From positions 4,476 to 68,475 of the forward strand of contig JACPFF010000026.1 of the NCBI GenBank assembly GCA_016183065.1: a stretch of DNA of 64,000 nt, given 5' to 3'. The notes beneath the pieces were generated by a model, which was not told the DNA's origin, searched no databases, and saw nothing but the letters and a program-made list of their open reading frames with translations. This DNA comes from Deltaproteobacteria bacterium (lineage in GTDB: Bacteria; UBA10199; GCA-002796325; JACPFF01). The position numbers and the translations under genes are program-made. Positions 16,298-25,500 of the stretch are shown in pieces (position 1 is the first letter of the stretch; every line of letters starts with the position of its first letter).

Positions 16298-16525
16298 TGT
16301 TCTATGAATGCGTTCCAACCGATGGCACCGGGAAACGGTGATGGCACATGCGTTGCGGGCGCCCCGCTGGGTGATGCGACCAGCGGTTCTCCTTCCGCAC
16401 CAGGGGGCCCGTATATTGATATTTTGAATCCGGCCAAAGACTCGAAGATGCACCAGGCGATCTCTCTCGGGTGTGCCGGAGAGTTCGCCCGTGCCCTGCA
16501 AGTGATCGATGCCGTATATTCCTAG
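16238..16525 (+). CDS. N-terminal fragment, in frame with the GRAS-like ORF, ending at TAG 16523-16525
   Basis: Same frame as 16553-17560. ...MHQAISLGCAGEFARALQVIDAVYS*PAEFLRGVLLLHLDQRSEALTAFRRV reads as one continuous helical region. Confidence 0.4.
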   Translation: MGSGNSRLARCVQWWTLPRRCSMNAFQPMAPGNGDGTCVAGAPLGDATSGSPSAPGGPYIDILNPAKDSKMHQAISLGCAGEFARALQVIDAVYS

Positions 16526-16552
16526 CCGGCGGAATTCCTTCGGGGCGTCCTG

Positions 16553-17560
16553 TTGCTGCACCTCGACCAACGATCCGAGGCGTTAACGGCCTTTCGTAGG
16601 GTGGCAGCCAAGGCGGATGCCCATTTTCTGGCGCCAGCATTTTGTGACTTTCTCACGGGCGATGAACAAGCCGCCACCGCGATGTATGGGGGACGCGCAT
16701 TTACGCAGTACTTTCGCGCTGCCTCGGAATCGATCGTTTTTCGGAATATGTATCAGGCGGTTGATAATATCCTGCGCACGTTTCCCCCTCCGGATGACAC
16801 CTTTACCGTGGTGGATTTAGGCATTGGGACGGCGCGCCAAGTTCAACGGATCGTCGAGTGGATTCCCCACCATTGGCCGCAGGTGCGCAGGGTGCACATT
16901 ATCGGCGTGGAGCCGTATGACCACCTGGCCACCATCGCGCAAACCCAGTTGGAGACATTGACTCAGGTCACGACCCTGCACGTCACCTACACCCTGGTGC
17001 GCGAATATGCCCAAAAGCTGGATACGGCAGCGATCGTACGCCAGCTGCCCTTTGGCCGGTTGGATCTGGTCAACGCCTGTGCCTCGATTCATCACATGCG
17101 CCAGGGAGAGAAATGGCATCTACTGCGGGTGATGCGATCCTGGGCGCCGCGGTTGTTTCTCATGAGTGACGCCGATTCCGACCATGAATCTACGCTGCCC
17201 GATCTCTCGCTTGAACTCATTGCGAATGTGACCTCGTTTTATACCCATCTGCTGGCCCTGATCTGTTCCAACAATCCCGACGACGAGACGGCGGCATGCT
17301 ACCGGGGGTTTTGTTTTTATGATGCCCGCAATATCCTAATGGAAACTGGTGAGCGACGCATAGAATTTCATACAACGGCGGACCGTTGGAAAGACTATCT
17401 CCTGGAGGCAGGGTTTGCGATGCTCCCACCGCAGGCTGAATGGTTGGCGGATATCGATCCATCCATGTCCCAGTTGCATGCAGATCGCCTGATTCCCGCC
17501 CAAGGAAAACGTTCACTCATCTTCCAATTGGCGGCCACGCCATCGGGAGGCAGCGTGTGA
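16553..17560 (+). CDS. Bacterial GRAS-family (Rossmann methyltransferase-like) protein, core and C-terminal part
   Basis: TFTVVDLGIGTARQVQRIVEWI...VHIIGVEP (VHIID-like), LLRVMRSWAPRLFLMSDADSDHES and FYDARNILMETGERRIEFHTTADRWKDYLLEAGF parallel plant GRAS blocks (VHIID, PFYRE, SAW regions). Confidence 0.55.
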   Translation: MLHLDQRSEALTAFRRVAAKADAHFLAPAFCDFLTGDEQAATAMYGGRAFTQYFRAASESIVFRNMYQAVDNILRTFPPPDDTFTVVDLGIGTARQVQRIVEWIPHHWPQVRRVHIIGVEPYDHLATIAQTQLETLTQVTTLHVTYTLVREYAQKLDTAAIVRQLPFGRLDLVNACASIHHMRQGEKWHLLRVMRSWAPRLFLMSDADSDHESTLPDLSLELIANVTSFYTHLLALICSNNPDDETAACYRGFCFYDARNILMETGERRIEFHTTADRWKDYLLEAGFAMLPPQAEWLADIDPSMSQLHADRLIPAQGKRSLIFQLAATPSGGSV

Positions 17561-17827
17561 AGCCGGGGAGGCTATGCCTTAATCGGCACCAACGTGTTCT
17601 GAAATCCGGCCACTGGGACGAATGGATCTCGGCCCTCCAAATAGCTATTGACGCGGCCTCGCAGGAGGGCCTAGAGGCGTGGAATAGCACATGGTCACGA
17701 TTCCAAAGAGGGGTTTCGTCCTACCAGGTCATGTGCCCTTTTCTATCTGCACGCTTCCAACTATAGGCGCGCGACGGCGTGGAGACATTCAGTGCGCCGT
17801 GCGCACCAACAGCTCCCTAGCCACCTG

Positions 17828-17909
17828 CTGGCCGAGTGCAGAAGCGATATGGGCAGCAGAAACCGACGCCCTGGCACAACACGTGAAGCCTTGGGCCTTG
17901 CCAAGGAGC
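17828..17909 (+). other. Conserved about 82-nt 5' block, copy B (38 nt upstream of the DUF819-like gene)
   Basis: See copy A. Contains the hairpin CCTTGG-GCCTTG-CCAAGG (17889-17906). Confidence 0.6.
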
Positions 17910-17946
17910 GCGCACCATCCCGATCGTATGCTACGAGGTTAGCTCC

Positions 17947-19074
17947 ATGGGAGCAGAAATTCTCATCCTTGTCATCCTCGCGACGAGCGCACTATGTCTC
18001 GCGATCGAGAAACAAGTTGCCTGGTGGATCCATATTAACGGGATTTGCCTGACAATACTCGTTGCCCTTTTCCTTTCTGCAATCGGCGTGATACCCCATC
18101 ATCATTTCTTGTACGATTTTTTCTCGACGAGAACGACCCCGATGGCCATTGCAATGTTGCTCCTCAGCCTGAATATCCGAGAGATTGCCTATTTGCCGCG
18201 CTTTTTTTTGTGGATATACGGCGCCGGCATTTGCGGATCTGTGCTTGGCGCGATTATTGCTGCCATGGTTGGGTCCATGGATCTCGGGCTCGACGCTGCA
18301 AAGCTCGCCGCGCAACTGGGGGCAAGTTATATTGGTGGTGGAGAAAATGCCGTCGCAATGAAAGTCATTCTTGCCATTCCCAACGAGTTGTTTGTCGGGT
18401 CTTTCGCTGTTGACAATGTTCTCACCAGCCTATGGATGTTCATGGCAATTATGTACGCGGGATCACGTTTTTCCCTGGTCGATACCTCATCCGATAGAAA
18501 AACTGCCGATCCAGCGCCAAATATTCTTGAAATAGTCTTCATCGGGTTTTTGGCCCTTTTAGTCGTTCAGGTGGCGACCTGGTTGACTGCGACCGTTGGC
18601 ATGCTGCATCGTTATCTTTATATTAGCGGTGTGGCAGTGGCCATTGGGCAAATCTCGTTCGTGCAGCGACATGTGCGTTTTGCCTACCCCCTTGGTGTCA
18701 TATTGTTTATCCCGTTCTTCTTTTCGATTGGAGCGATGAGTGACTTTGCGTCACTGGCACAACTTCCCTGGGCAGCACTGTACATGCCCATGGTGATTGT
18801 TATCGTGCATGGCACGGTCATGCTGACATGTGGACACTATTTCAAAATACCACGGCATTATGTTGCCGTGGCATCCCAGTCTCTGATTGGGGGTCCGTCG
18901 ACAGCAGTCGCCGTGGCCCAGGCAAAAAACTGGCGCAGTGGCATACCCATTGCCATCATTGCCGGCATACTCGGGTATGCCATCGCGAACTTTTGTGGAA
19001 TGGGGATTTATCATATTGCGCGTTTCATGATTACTCTCTGGGGCTATCATGGGCATCCTCAATCAATTTCGTGA
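17947..19074 (+). CDS. DUF819-like polytopic membrane protein
   Basis: 375 aa, about 11 TM. LGASYIGGGENAVAM and ASQSLIGGPSTAVAVAQAKNW...GILGYAIANFCG resemble the duplicated IGG(P)xTA motifs of the DUF819 family. Confidence 0.5.
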   Translation: MGAEILILVILATSALCLAIEKQVAWWIHINGICLTILVALFLSAIGVIPHHHFLYDFFSTRTTPMAIAMLLLSLNIREIAYLPRFFLWIYGAGICGSVLGAIIAAMVGSMDLGLDAAKLAAQLGASYIGGGENAVAMKVILAIPNELFVGSFAVDNVLTSLWMFMAIMYAGSRFSLVDTSSDRKTADPAPNILEIVFIGFLALLVVQVATWLTATVGMLHRYLYISGVAVAIGQISFVQRHVRFAYPLGVILFIPFFFSIGAMSDFASLAQLPWAALYMPMVIVIVHGTVMLTCGHYFKIPRHYVAVASQSLIGGPSTAVAVAQAKNWRSGIPIAIIAGILGYAIANFCGMGIYHIARFMITLWGYHGHPQSIS

Positions 19075-19789
19075 ACGACCGATTCAGTGTGTTTATCCTA
19101 CTGTTTCGGTAGGTAGAATTCGGAGTTTACAACAACACGCGCAGGTCAGAGCGCTCCAAGACGGTCCGGGCCTGGAACTCGCCAATGAATATTTCCGCGA
19201 GGGATTGGCGGGTTCTCAGCCGACCATGGTTGTGCGCGCAAGTGTCCAGCATCGCATAGAGCGATTGCGGCGATATGCACTGCGTGATGGGTATGGCGTG
19301 CGCATTTTCGATGCGTTTCGCACGAAGCGTACTCAAGCAGCAATCTTTGAAAAGTTTGAGCGGGATATTTGCTTGGCCCACCCTGATTGGTCTTCCGAGA
19401 TTATTCGGATCGAAGCGCTGCGGTATGTTGCGCCGCCCGACAACAGCCGGTACCCTGTGCTTCCACACAATAGCGGAGGAGCGCTTGATCTGGTGCTCAC
19501 ACGGGATGGGCAGCCCATTGATATGGGTACTCCATTTGATTCTCCAGCCGTTCTATCGGAGACGACCTATTTTGAAGGGGTACAGGGCCCCTATTCAGAA
19601 ATGTCGGTTGAACGATGGAGGCGCGTGAAAGAAAATCGACGGATGCTATTCCATATCATGTGTTATCTCGGATTTACCGCACATGAGAGAGAATGGTGGC
19701 ACTTTGACCTGGGAAATTGCCGTTGGGCAAATATATATCGGAGCGCTTGGTATTATCCCTCAATGGAAGAAGAGGTGATGGCCCTATGA
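19049..19789 (+). CDS. D-Ala-D-Ala dipeptidase, VanX/DdpX family (peptidase M15D)
   Basis: GYGVRIFDAFRTKRTQ, PHNSGGALDLVL (H and D zinc ligands), IDMGTPFDS and HEREWWHFDL. Start uncertain (26-nt overlap with the upstream gene). Confidence 0.75.
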   Translation: MGILNQFRERPIQCVYPTVSVGRIRSLQQHAQVRALQDGPGLELANEYFREGLAGSQPTMVVRASVQHRIERLRRYALRDGYGVRIFDAFRTKRTQAAIFEKFERDICLAHPDWSSEIIRIEALRYVAPPDNSRYPVLPHNSGGALDLVLTRDGQPIDMGTPFDSPAVLSETTYFEGVQGPYSEMSVERWRRVKENRRMLFHIMCYLGFTAHEREWWHFDLGNCRWANIYRSAWYYPSMEEEVMAL

Positions 19790-21807
19790 GAGTCCCCGTA
19801 GATCCAAGCGCCAATGAGGAGAAGAGTACTGCTCCCTTATTAAAAAAGATTGTGACAGGAGTCTTCAGTGCATTACTCGGCTTCAACGTTTTCGCCTTGT
19901 TTGCGTTCGGGATTTTCCTATGCGATTCATTGTCGTCCCCACTTTTCTGGAAGATGCTCTCTGTCCTATTGATTTACGTGTTATGTACGGCGCTGATCGC
20001 GGCGGGATTTGTTTGGTGGTTGCTACAGGAATCGCTGCGCCCATTGATCGAACTGATTCGATGGGCCCATCTCGCAAATAATTTGCAACCATTAACCCCT
20101 TCTGGAAAGTGCTCAAAAGAGATCGGAGAGATCTACGGTCTCTTCAATGAAACGCTTGCCCGCTTACGGTGTGCTCAAGAACAACGTGTTCTTTCTGGCC
20201 AGGCAGTGGCATTTGGCAATGTCTGTCGGCAAGTCGCCCACGACATCCGGTCGCCGTTGGCGGCATTGGAGGTGGCGACGGCGGGGTTAGCGGAGCTGCC
20301 GGAAGAGAAGCGCTTGCTCGTGCGCCGGGCCACGGCCCGCATTCGGGATATTGCGAATCATCTGATTGAGCAGGGTCGGATGGCCATTTTGAAGACGGGG
20401 GCCGGGGGAGCCACCACAACCTTGGCAACACCGGCAGGAAAAGAGGCGGTGTCTATCGAGCTGCTCTCGAGCCTCATTGATCCGCTCGTGACGGAGAAGC
20501 GCCTGCAGCATCGTGTGCACCGGGAGGTGGATATTCACGCGGAATTGGGTGAGACCTCATATGGTTTGTTTGCGGCGGTGCAACCCACGGAATTGAAGCG
20601 TGTCTTGTCGAACCTGGTGAACAATGCGGTGGAAGGGATTGAGGGAGCCGGTACGGTGAGTGTACGCTTGTGTCCGTGTGGCGAGCAGGTGGGTATCGAG
20701 GTGCAAGACACGGGCAAAGGGATACCGCCCGAGATCCTGGCGCAGCTGACCCAACGGGGGGTGACATTTGGCAAAGCGGGCGGCTCGGGGTTGGGATTAT
20801 CTCACGCCAGGGAGCGGGTGGAGGCCTGGGAGGGGACGCTCGCTATCACCTCCGTCGTCGGGAGCGGCACGACCGTGACCCTCCGGTTGCCCGCGGCGGA
20901 GCCGCCTCCCTGGTTTGTGCCCGTGTTGACGCTGCGCGACGGCATGGCGGTCGTGGTGCTCGACGACGACCAATCGATCCATGACCTCTGGGACGGGCGA
21001 TTGACCCCGTTGCGCCACCACCTGCCGCACCTCACGATGTACCATGTGACCACGGCGGAGGGAACCTGTGCGTGGCAGGCCCACTATGGGGCCACGGCGT
21101 CGGAGGTGCTCTATCTCTTCGACTACGAACTGATCGGGCAGCCGTCCAATGGGTTGGCCCTCATGGAGCAGCTCCAGATCGCCCCGCACGCGATTCTCGT
21201 CACCAGTCGCTACGAGGAGCCGGCCGTCCGGGAAAAATGTGCGGCCTTAGGCGTGCGCCTCATCCCCAAAGGATTGGCGGGGTTTGTGCCGATCCAGGTG
21301 GAGACCGGAGACCAACGGCCACTGCCCATGACTGGCCCGGTGGCAATCACGCGCCGTCTGGACGGTGCCGACGCCCGCCTGCCCGCCGTCGCTGGAGCAG
21401 AGGCGGGACACCCGATGCCGGACGACGATGTTGCCAGCCCGCCGCCGGGGTACCGCGTGTTGCTGATTGACGACGACGCCGGTATCCGGCTGGCGTGGAA
21501 GATGCAGCAAGCGGTCCTCGGCATCGACCAGCTGACCCCCTTCCCGTCGATGGAGGCGTGTGAACAGGCCCAGCCTGATTATCCGGCCTATGACTTTGCC
21601 TTTGTGGACAAACAGATCCCCGAGAGCGTGTGGCGCATTGATCAGGTGATTACGCATTTGCAGCAGGCGGGTGTGCAACACGTGATCGTGGCCTCGGGCG
21701 AATCGCTGGAGGCCCTGCAACAGGACCCGGCCTGCCAGGGAGCGGATGGCTTTGCGCCCGAGAAAATTCCGGACAGTTTGCGACCGTGGGGGCGCAAGGC
21801 CACGTAA
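19786..21807 (+). CDS. Hybrid sensor histidine kinase with two C-terminal receiver domains (paralogue of 58034-60679)
   Basis: ATGA start at 19786. 2 TM. H-box VAHDIRSPLAALEV, N-box NLVNNAVEGI, G1 DTGKGIPPE, G2 GGSGLGLSHA. Receivers VVVLDDD...FDYEL...LVTS...IPK and LLIDDD...AFVDKQI. Confidence 0.85.
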   Translation: MRVPVDPSANEEKSTAPLLKKIVTGVFSALLGFNVFALFAFGIFLCDSLSSPLFWKMLSVLLIYVLCTALIAAGFVWWLLQESLRPLIELIRWAHLANNLQPLTPSGKCSKEIGEIYGLFNETLARLRCAQEQRVLSGQAVAFGNVCRQVAHDIRSPLAALEVATAGLAELPEEKRLLVRRATARIRDIANHLIEQGRMAILKTGAGGATTTLATPAGKEAVSIELLSSLIDPLVTEKRLQHRVHREVDIHAELGETSYGLFAAVQPTELKRVLSNLVNNAVEGIEGAGTVSVRLCPCGEQVGIEVQDTGKGIPPEILAQLTQRGVTFGKAGGSGLGLSHARERVEAWEGTLAITSVVGSGTTVTLRLPAAEPPPWFVPVLTLRDGMAVVVLDDDQSIHDLWDGRLTPLRHHLPHLTMYHVTTAEGTCAWQAHYGATASEVLYLFDYELIGQPSNGLALMEQLQIAPHAILVTSRYEEPAVREKCAALGVRLIPKGLAGFVPIQVETGDQRPLPMTGPVAITRRLDGADARLPAVAGAEAGHPMPDDDVASPPPGYRVLLIDDDAGIRLAWKMQQAVLGIDQLTPFPSMEACEQAQPDYPAYDFAFVDKQIPESVWRIDQVITHLQQAGVQHVIVASGESLEALQQDPACQGADGFAPEKIPDSLRPWGRKAT

Positions 21808-21825
21808 GAGTCAGGAGAATAACCG

Positions 21826-22029
21826 ATGGAGAGACCGCTTGCGAAACTCACGCATGATCTGCGGGGGGCCTTACAGATCGTGGTGGCCTTCGTACGATCT
21901 CGTGACGAGACATCACTGACAGAGGAACAACGTGAGCGGCGCGTGTCTTGCCAATCGAACATGGACACACTGCGCCACGGACTCGACGCCATCGATATCC
22001 TCCACAGAATGTGTTGCGGAAAAAAGTGA
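21826..22029 (+). CDS. 67-aa H-box-only (DHp-like) protein, candidate minimal histidine phosphotransferase
   Basis: LAKLTHDLRGALQIVVAFV resembles a HisKA H-box. Two predicted helices. 18 nt after the kinase stop. Homologous to 54874-55308. Confidence 0.5.
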   Translation: MERPLAKLTHDLRGALQIVVAFVRSRDETSLTEEQRERRVSCQSNMDTLRHGLDAIDILHRMCCGKK

Positions 22030-22122
22030 AACCGTGCAGAAATAGGCGTGGAGTGCCTTTTGAGGCCGGATTGGCGGAATTTTTGTCTCTCGATGTTATG
22101 GGAATACGACTGACGGGACGTC

Positions 22123-22617
22123 ATGAAGACAATGGGCATTTATCTTCTGGTCACTGTCGTGGCTGTCGCAATGATCTGGGGCGTCATCCGGTATGGCCAT
22201 AGGCTCTCCGCACCGCCAGCCCTTCCCGACCAGTGGATGATTGCCGAGGCGTCGCTCACACAGGAATGTCGTCTGCTGCGCCCGCGCGCCTATCCCCTCG
22301 TGGTGGAGCAATCCGGGGAGAGTCTCAACGTCGTGTGGGCAGGGTCGCCCCATTGGGCATTTCACGGGAAGATCGACCGACAAGGCCGGTTTCACCTGAG
22401 TGGTCGTCTCATGCAGCACGCGGAGCCAGGATGTCGCCGCGTCAGGATGACGTGGGAGGGAATTGCGGATCAGACCACGTTCGCGGGGACCGTACGAATC
22501 GTCAGCCCTGGCTGTCCGCTCTGTCCCGAAGGGTTGCATCTCACGGCAACACCCGTTTCACTGGAGCCGGAACCGCGCGAGGATCAGGGAAATCATCATG
22601 CACAGGCTCTTCCATAA
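22123..22617 (+). CDS. Hypothetical membrane-anchored protein
   Basis: N-terminal TM (MKTMGIYLLVTVVAVAMIWGVI). No recognisable motif. Overlaps the antiporter start by 20 nt. Confidence 0.4.
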   Translation: MKTMGIYLLVTVVAVAMIWGVIRYGHRLSAPPALPDQWMIAEASLTQECRLLRPRAYPLVVEQSGESLNVVWAGSPHWAFHGKIDRQGRFHLSGRLMQHAEPGCRRVRMTWEGIADQTTFAGTVRIVSPGCPLCPEGLHLTATPVSLEPEPREDQGNHHAQALP

Positions 22618-24712
22618 TCCCATGGCCTTGTTGCTCATCCAGGCCATGGTGATCATTCCCCTGGCGCGGATACTCGGCACCCTCTTTTCGAAAATCAACC
22701 AGCCCATGGTGATCGGGGAAATTATTGCCGGGCTCCTCCTGGGGCCGAGCTTTCTGGGATGGATCGCGCCCGAGCTCTACCACGCGCTCTTTCCCGAATT
22801 TTCCCTCCACGCGCTCAATCTCCTGAGTCAGGTCGGCCTGATTTTTTTCATGTTCCTGGTCGGACTGGAATTCAATCCGCGTCTCCTGCGCGGTCAGGCG
22901 CGCGCGGCCTTGGCGACCAGCCACGCCAGCATTGTCTTTCCGTTTTTGCTCGGGACGATCTTGGCGCTCTTTCTCTATCCGAAGTTGTCCGACAATAGTG
23001 TCCGTTTTGCCCCCTTTGCCCTGTTTATGGGGGCCTCGATGTCGGTCACGGCCTTTCCCGTCCTGGCGCGCATTCTGACGGAACGGAATCTGATCAAGAC
23101 CCGAATGGGGGCGCTGGCACTCACCTGTGGGGCGGTCGACGATATCACGGCGTGGATGATCCTCGCCTTTGTGATTTCGGTCGTGCGGGCCACAGGCGCG
23201 GCCCAGATGTTGACCGTCTTTGCATGGACGGGACTGTATCTGCTCATCATGGTGCTGATGGCCCGACCGCTCCTGCGCCGCTTTGAACGGCGGTACAGCA
23301 CGCGGGAAGGGCTCTCGCAGAATGCCGTGGCCGGGGTGATGCTCATGCTCCTGGCCTCGGCGCTGGCGACGGAGCTGATCGGCATTCATGCCCTGTTCGG
23401 GGCCTTTTTTCTTGGCGCGATCATGCCCAACGAAACCGCATTTGTGCGCAATTTGACGGAGAAGATCGAGGACATTGTGGTGCTCTTCATGCTCCCGCTC
23501 TTCTTTGCCTTTACGGGGCTCAAGACGCAGATCGGTCTGGTTGATACCCCCGAATTATGGGTGATCACGGCCATTATTATGGCGATCGCCTGTGTGGGCA
23601 AATTTGGCGGGAGCTGTCTGATTTCGAAATTGGCGGGATGTAGTTGGCGCGAATCCTCGGCGATCGGCATTCTCATGAACACGCGGGGACTCATGGAGTT
23701 GATTATCCTGAATATCGGGCTCAATTTTGGCGTCATCTCGCCGCTCCTCTTCACGATGCTCGTGCTCATGGCCCTCCTCACAACGCTCATCACGACGCCG
23801 CTCCTGGCTTGGATTTATCCGGATGCCTTGATTGTCGCCGATGGCGCGGAGATCATGTCAAAGGCGGAGAAACCCTACACCGTGCTTGTGGCGATCTCGC
23901 TCCCGCGTTCTGCCCAGGGCCTGATGACCATTGCCGCCGCGGTGATGGGGAAGATGACGCACACCCGCATTTACGCCCTCCACTTGACGCACGCCGGCAC
24001 GCGGCCATCGAGTTACGTGAAGCGGGGCGAGTCGCTTTCCGAGATCGATCCCATTCTCCCACTCATCGAGCACGCCAAGGCGAAGGGCCAGGAGATTCGG
24101 CCCCTCACCTTTTATACGCACGATCCGAGCGAAGACATCGTCGATGTCGCCAAAACCAAGAGAGCGGATCTGATCCTCCTCGGTTGGCACAAGCCGATCT
24201 TCGGGGGGAGGGTGTTGGGAGGAACGGTGCGACAGGTGCTCAATGCCGCGACGTGCGACGTCGGTGTGTTTATTGATCGGGGCATGAACGATGTCCGTCG
24301 CATTCTCGTCCCCATTGTGAAATGTTTTCATGACCGGGCCGCCATTCAGCTGGCCAAGCAGATCGCCGCGCACTTCACGGCCCAGGTGACGCTGTTTCAT
24401 GTCCTTCCCGCCGGGCTGGCGCCAGTTGCAAAGGCTGTTCCGGTCGGTGGCGGACCCGAGACCTCCACCGAGGATCAGACCTTTTTCGATCCGGACACCC
24501 ATGGAGAGGTCGTCTTGATGACCCGCCAGCACGATTCTCCCGCGGATGTGGTGCTGGAAGAAGCCACAAAGGGATATGACCTGATCGTCATCGGGGTGTC
24601 GGAAGAGTTCGCACTGGAGCCGCGCCTTTTTGGTTGGCGGTCGGAAAAGCTTGCCGAACAATCGCCGACGTCATTGCTCATCGTCCGCCGTGCCCCGCAA
24701 ACAAAGGCTTAG
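22598..24712 (+). CDS. CPA2-family cation:proton antiporter fused to tandem universal stress protein (USP) domains
   Basis: Start taken at MHRLFHNPMALLLIQAMVIIPLARILG...QPMVIGEIIAGLLLGPS (Kef/NapA-type N-terminus). About 12 TM. The C-terminal 280 aa has two USP-like alpha/beta units. Confidence 0.8.
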   Translation: MHRLFHNPMALLLIQAMVIIPLARILGTLFSKINQPMVIGEIIAGLLLGPSFLGWIAPELYHALFPEFSLHALNLLSQVGLIFFMFLVGLEFNPRLLRGQARAALATSHASIVFPFLLGTILALFLYPKLSDNSVRFAPFALFMGASMSVTAFPVLARILTERNLIKTRMGALALTCGAVDDITAWMILAFVISVVRATGAAQMLTVFAWTGLYLLIMVLMARPLLRRFERRYSTREGLSQNAVAGVMLMLLASALATELIGIHALFGAFFLGAIMPNETAFVRNLTEKIEDIVVLFMLPLFFAFTGLKTQIGLVDTPELWVITAIIMAIACVGKFGGSCLISKLAGCSWRESSAIGILMNTRGLMELIILNIGLNFGVISPLLFTMLVLMALLTTLITTPLLAWIYPDALIVADGAEIMSKAEKPYTVLVAISLPRSAQGLMTIAAAVMGKMTHTRIYALHLTHAGTRPSSYVKRGESLSEIDPILPLIEHAKAKGQEIRPLTFYTHDPSEDIVDVAKTKRADLILLGWHKPIFGGRVLGGTVRQVLNAATCDVGVFIDRGMNDVRRILVPIVKCFHDRAAIQLAKQIAAHFTAQVTLFHVLPAGLAPVAKAVPVGGGPETSTEDQTFFDPDTHGEVVLMTRQHDSPADVVLEEATKGYDLIVIGVSEEFALEPRLFGWRSEKLAEQSPTSLLIVRRAPQTKA

Positions 24713-24798
24713 GGAGGTTGTCATCGTGAAACGACCGGAAATTTTTCTATTGAACCATGGTCATTTCAGATATGCCATGGAACAGAGCGAGGTCTGAT

Positions 24799-25467
24799 AT
24801 GCGACGAATCACGATATGGTTTGGTCTTCTCTGTATTGGACTCCTCTGCACCTGGAGTCGGTTGGGCCTGGCCACGACGCCCTGTGTTGTTGACTACCGC
24901 GTCCTCGGTTTTTCGCAGGATTGGCAACAGGCCTATTGGGAACTCGTGATTGGGAGTGAGTGTGCGCCGGCATTGGCACTCTTCCGCTACGACTTTGCCC
25001 AAAATCGCGCGGAGAAATTATTCTGGGCGTATGACGATGACGCACAATTTAAAAAAGGACGCTTGGAGGTGCGAAAGGACGTTTATGAGACGAGAAAAGG
25101 CGCGATGGTCAAATCGCTCCAGACCGCGCCGACGGACGGGAGAGGGAATCAGCAAGGCGCTGTGCTGGCACCAGCGACGTTTGATTGTCGGAACAAGATC
25201 ACCACAGTCAACGACCTCCCCTGCCTACTCCGACTCACACGGGGAGCAAAGATCTGTACGTTTTCACGCGAAACGTTCGCGGACAAAGAAGCATATGTCA
25301 CGGAGCTTATTCGTCCGACGGAGAGTTACTTCAATCCCCGCTATACGAGTTGGATTGTCCTGCAGGAACACTGTAGTGTGGCGCAGACGCCCTGCTACAA
25401 CGAAGAGACCCACGCCTGGAATCCCGCCCCGGCATTGGCGATTTACGATGAGCGGACGTGCATCTGA
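24799..25467 (+). CDS. Hypothetical secreted protein
   Basis: Signal peptide MRRITIWFGLLCIGLLCTWSRLGLA. Several Cys. No recognised family. Confidence 0.45.
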   Translation: MRRITIWFGLLCIGLLCTWSRLGLATTPCVVDYRVLGFSQDWQQAYWELVIGSECAPALALFRYDFAQNRAEKLFWAYDDDAQFKKGRLEVRKDVYETRKGAMVKSLQTAPTDGRGNQQGAVLAPATFDCRNKITTVNDLPCLLRLTRGAKICTFSRETFADKEAYVTELIRPTESYFNPRYTSWIVLQEHCSVAQTPCYNEETHAWNPAPALAIYDERTCI

Positions 25468-25500
25468 CAGAAGAATGACAGGCGTTGATATGGAGGTCCC

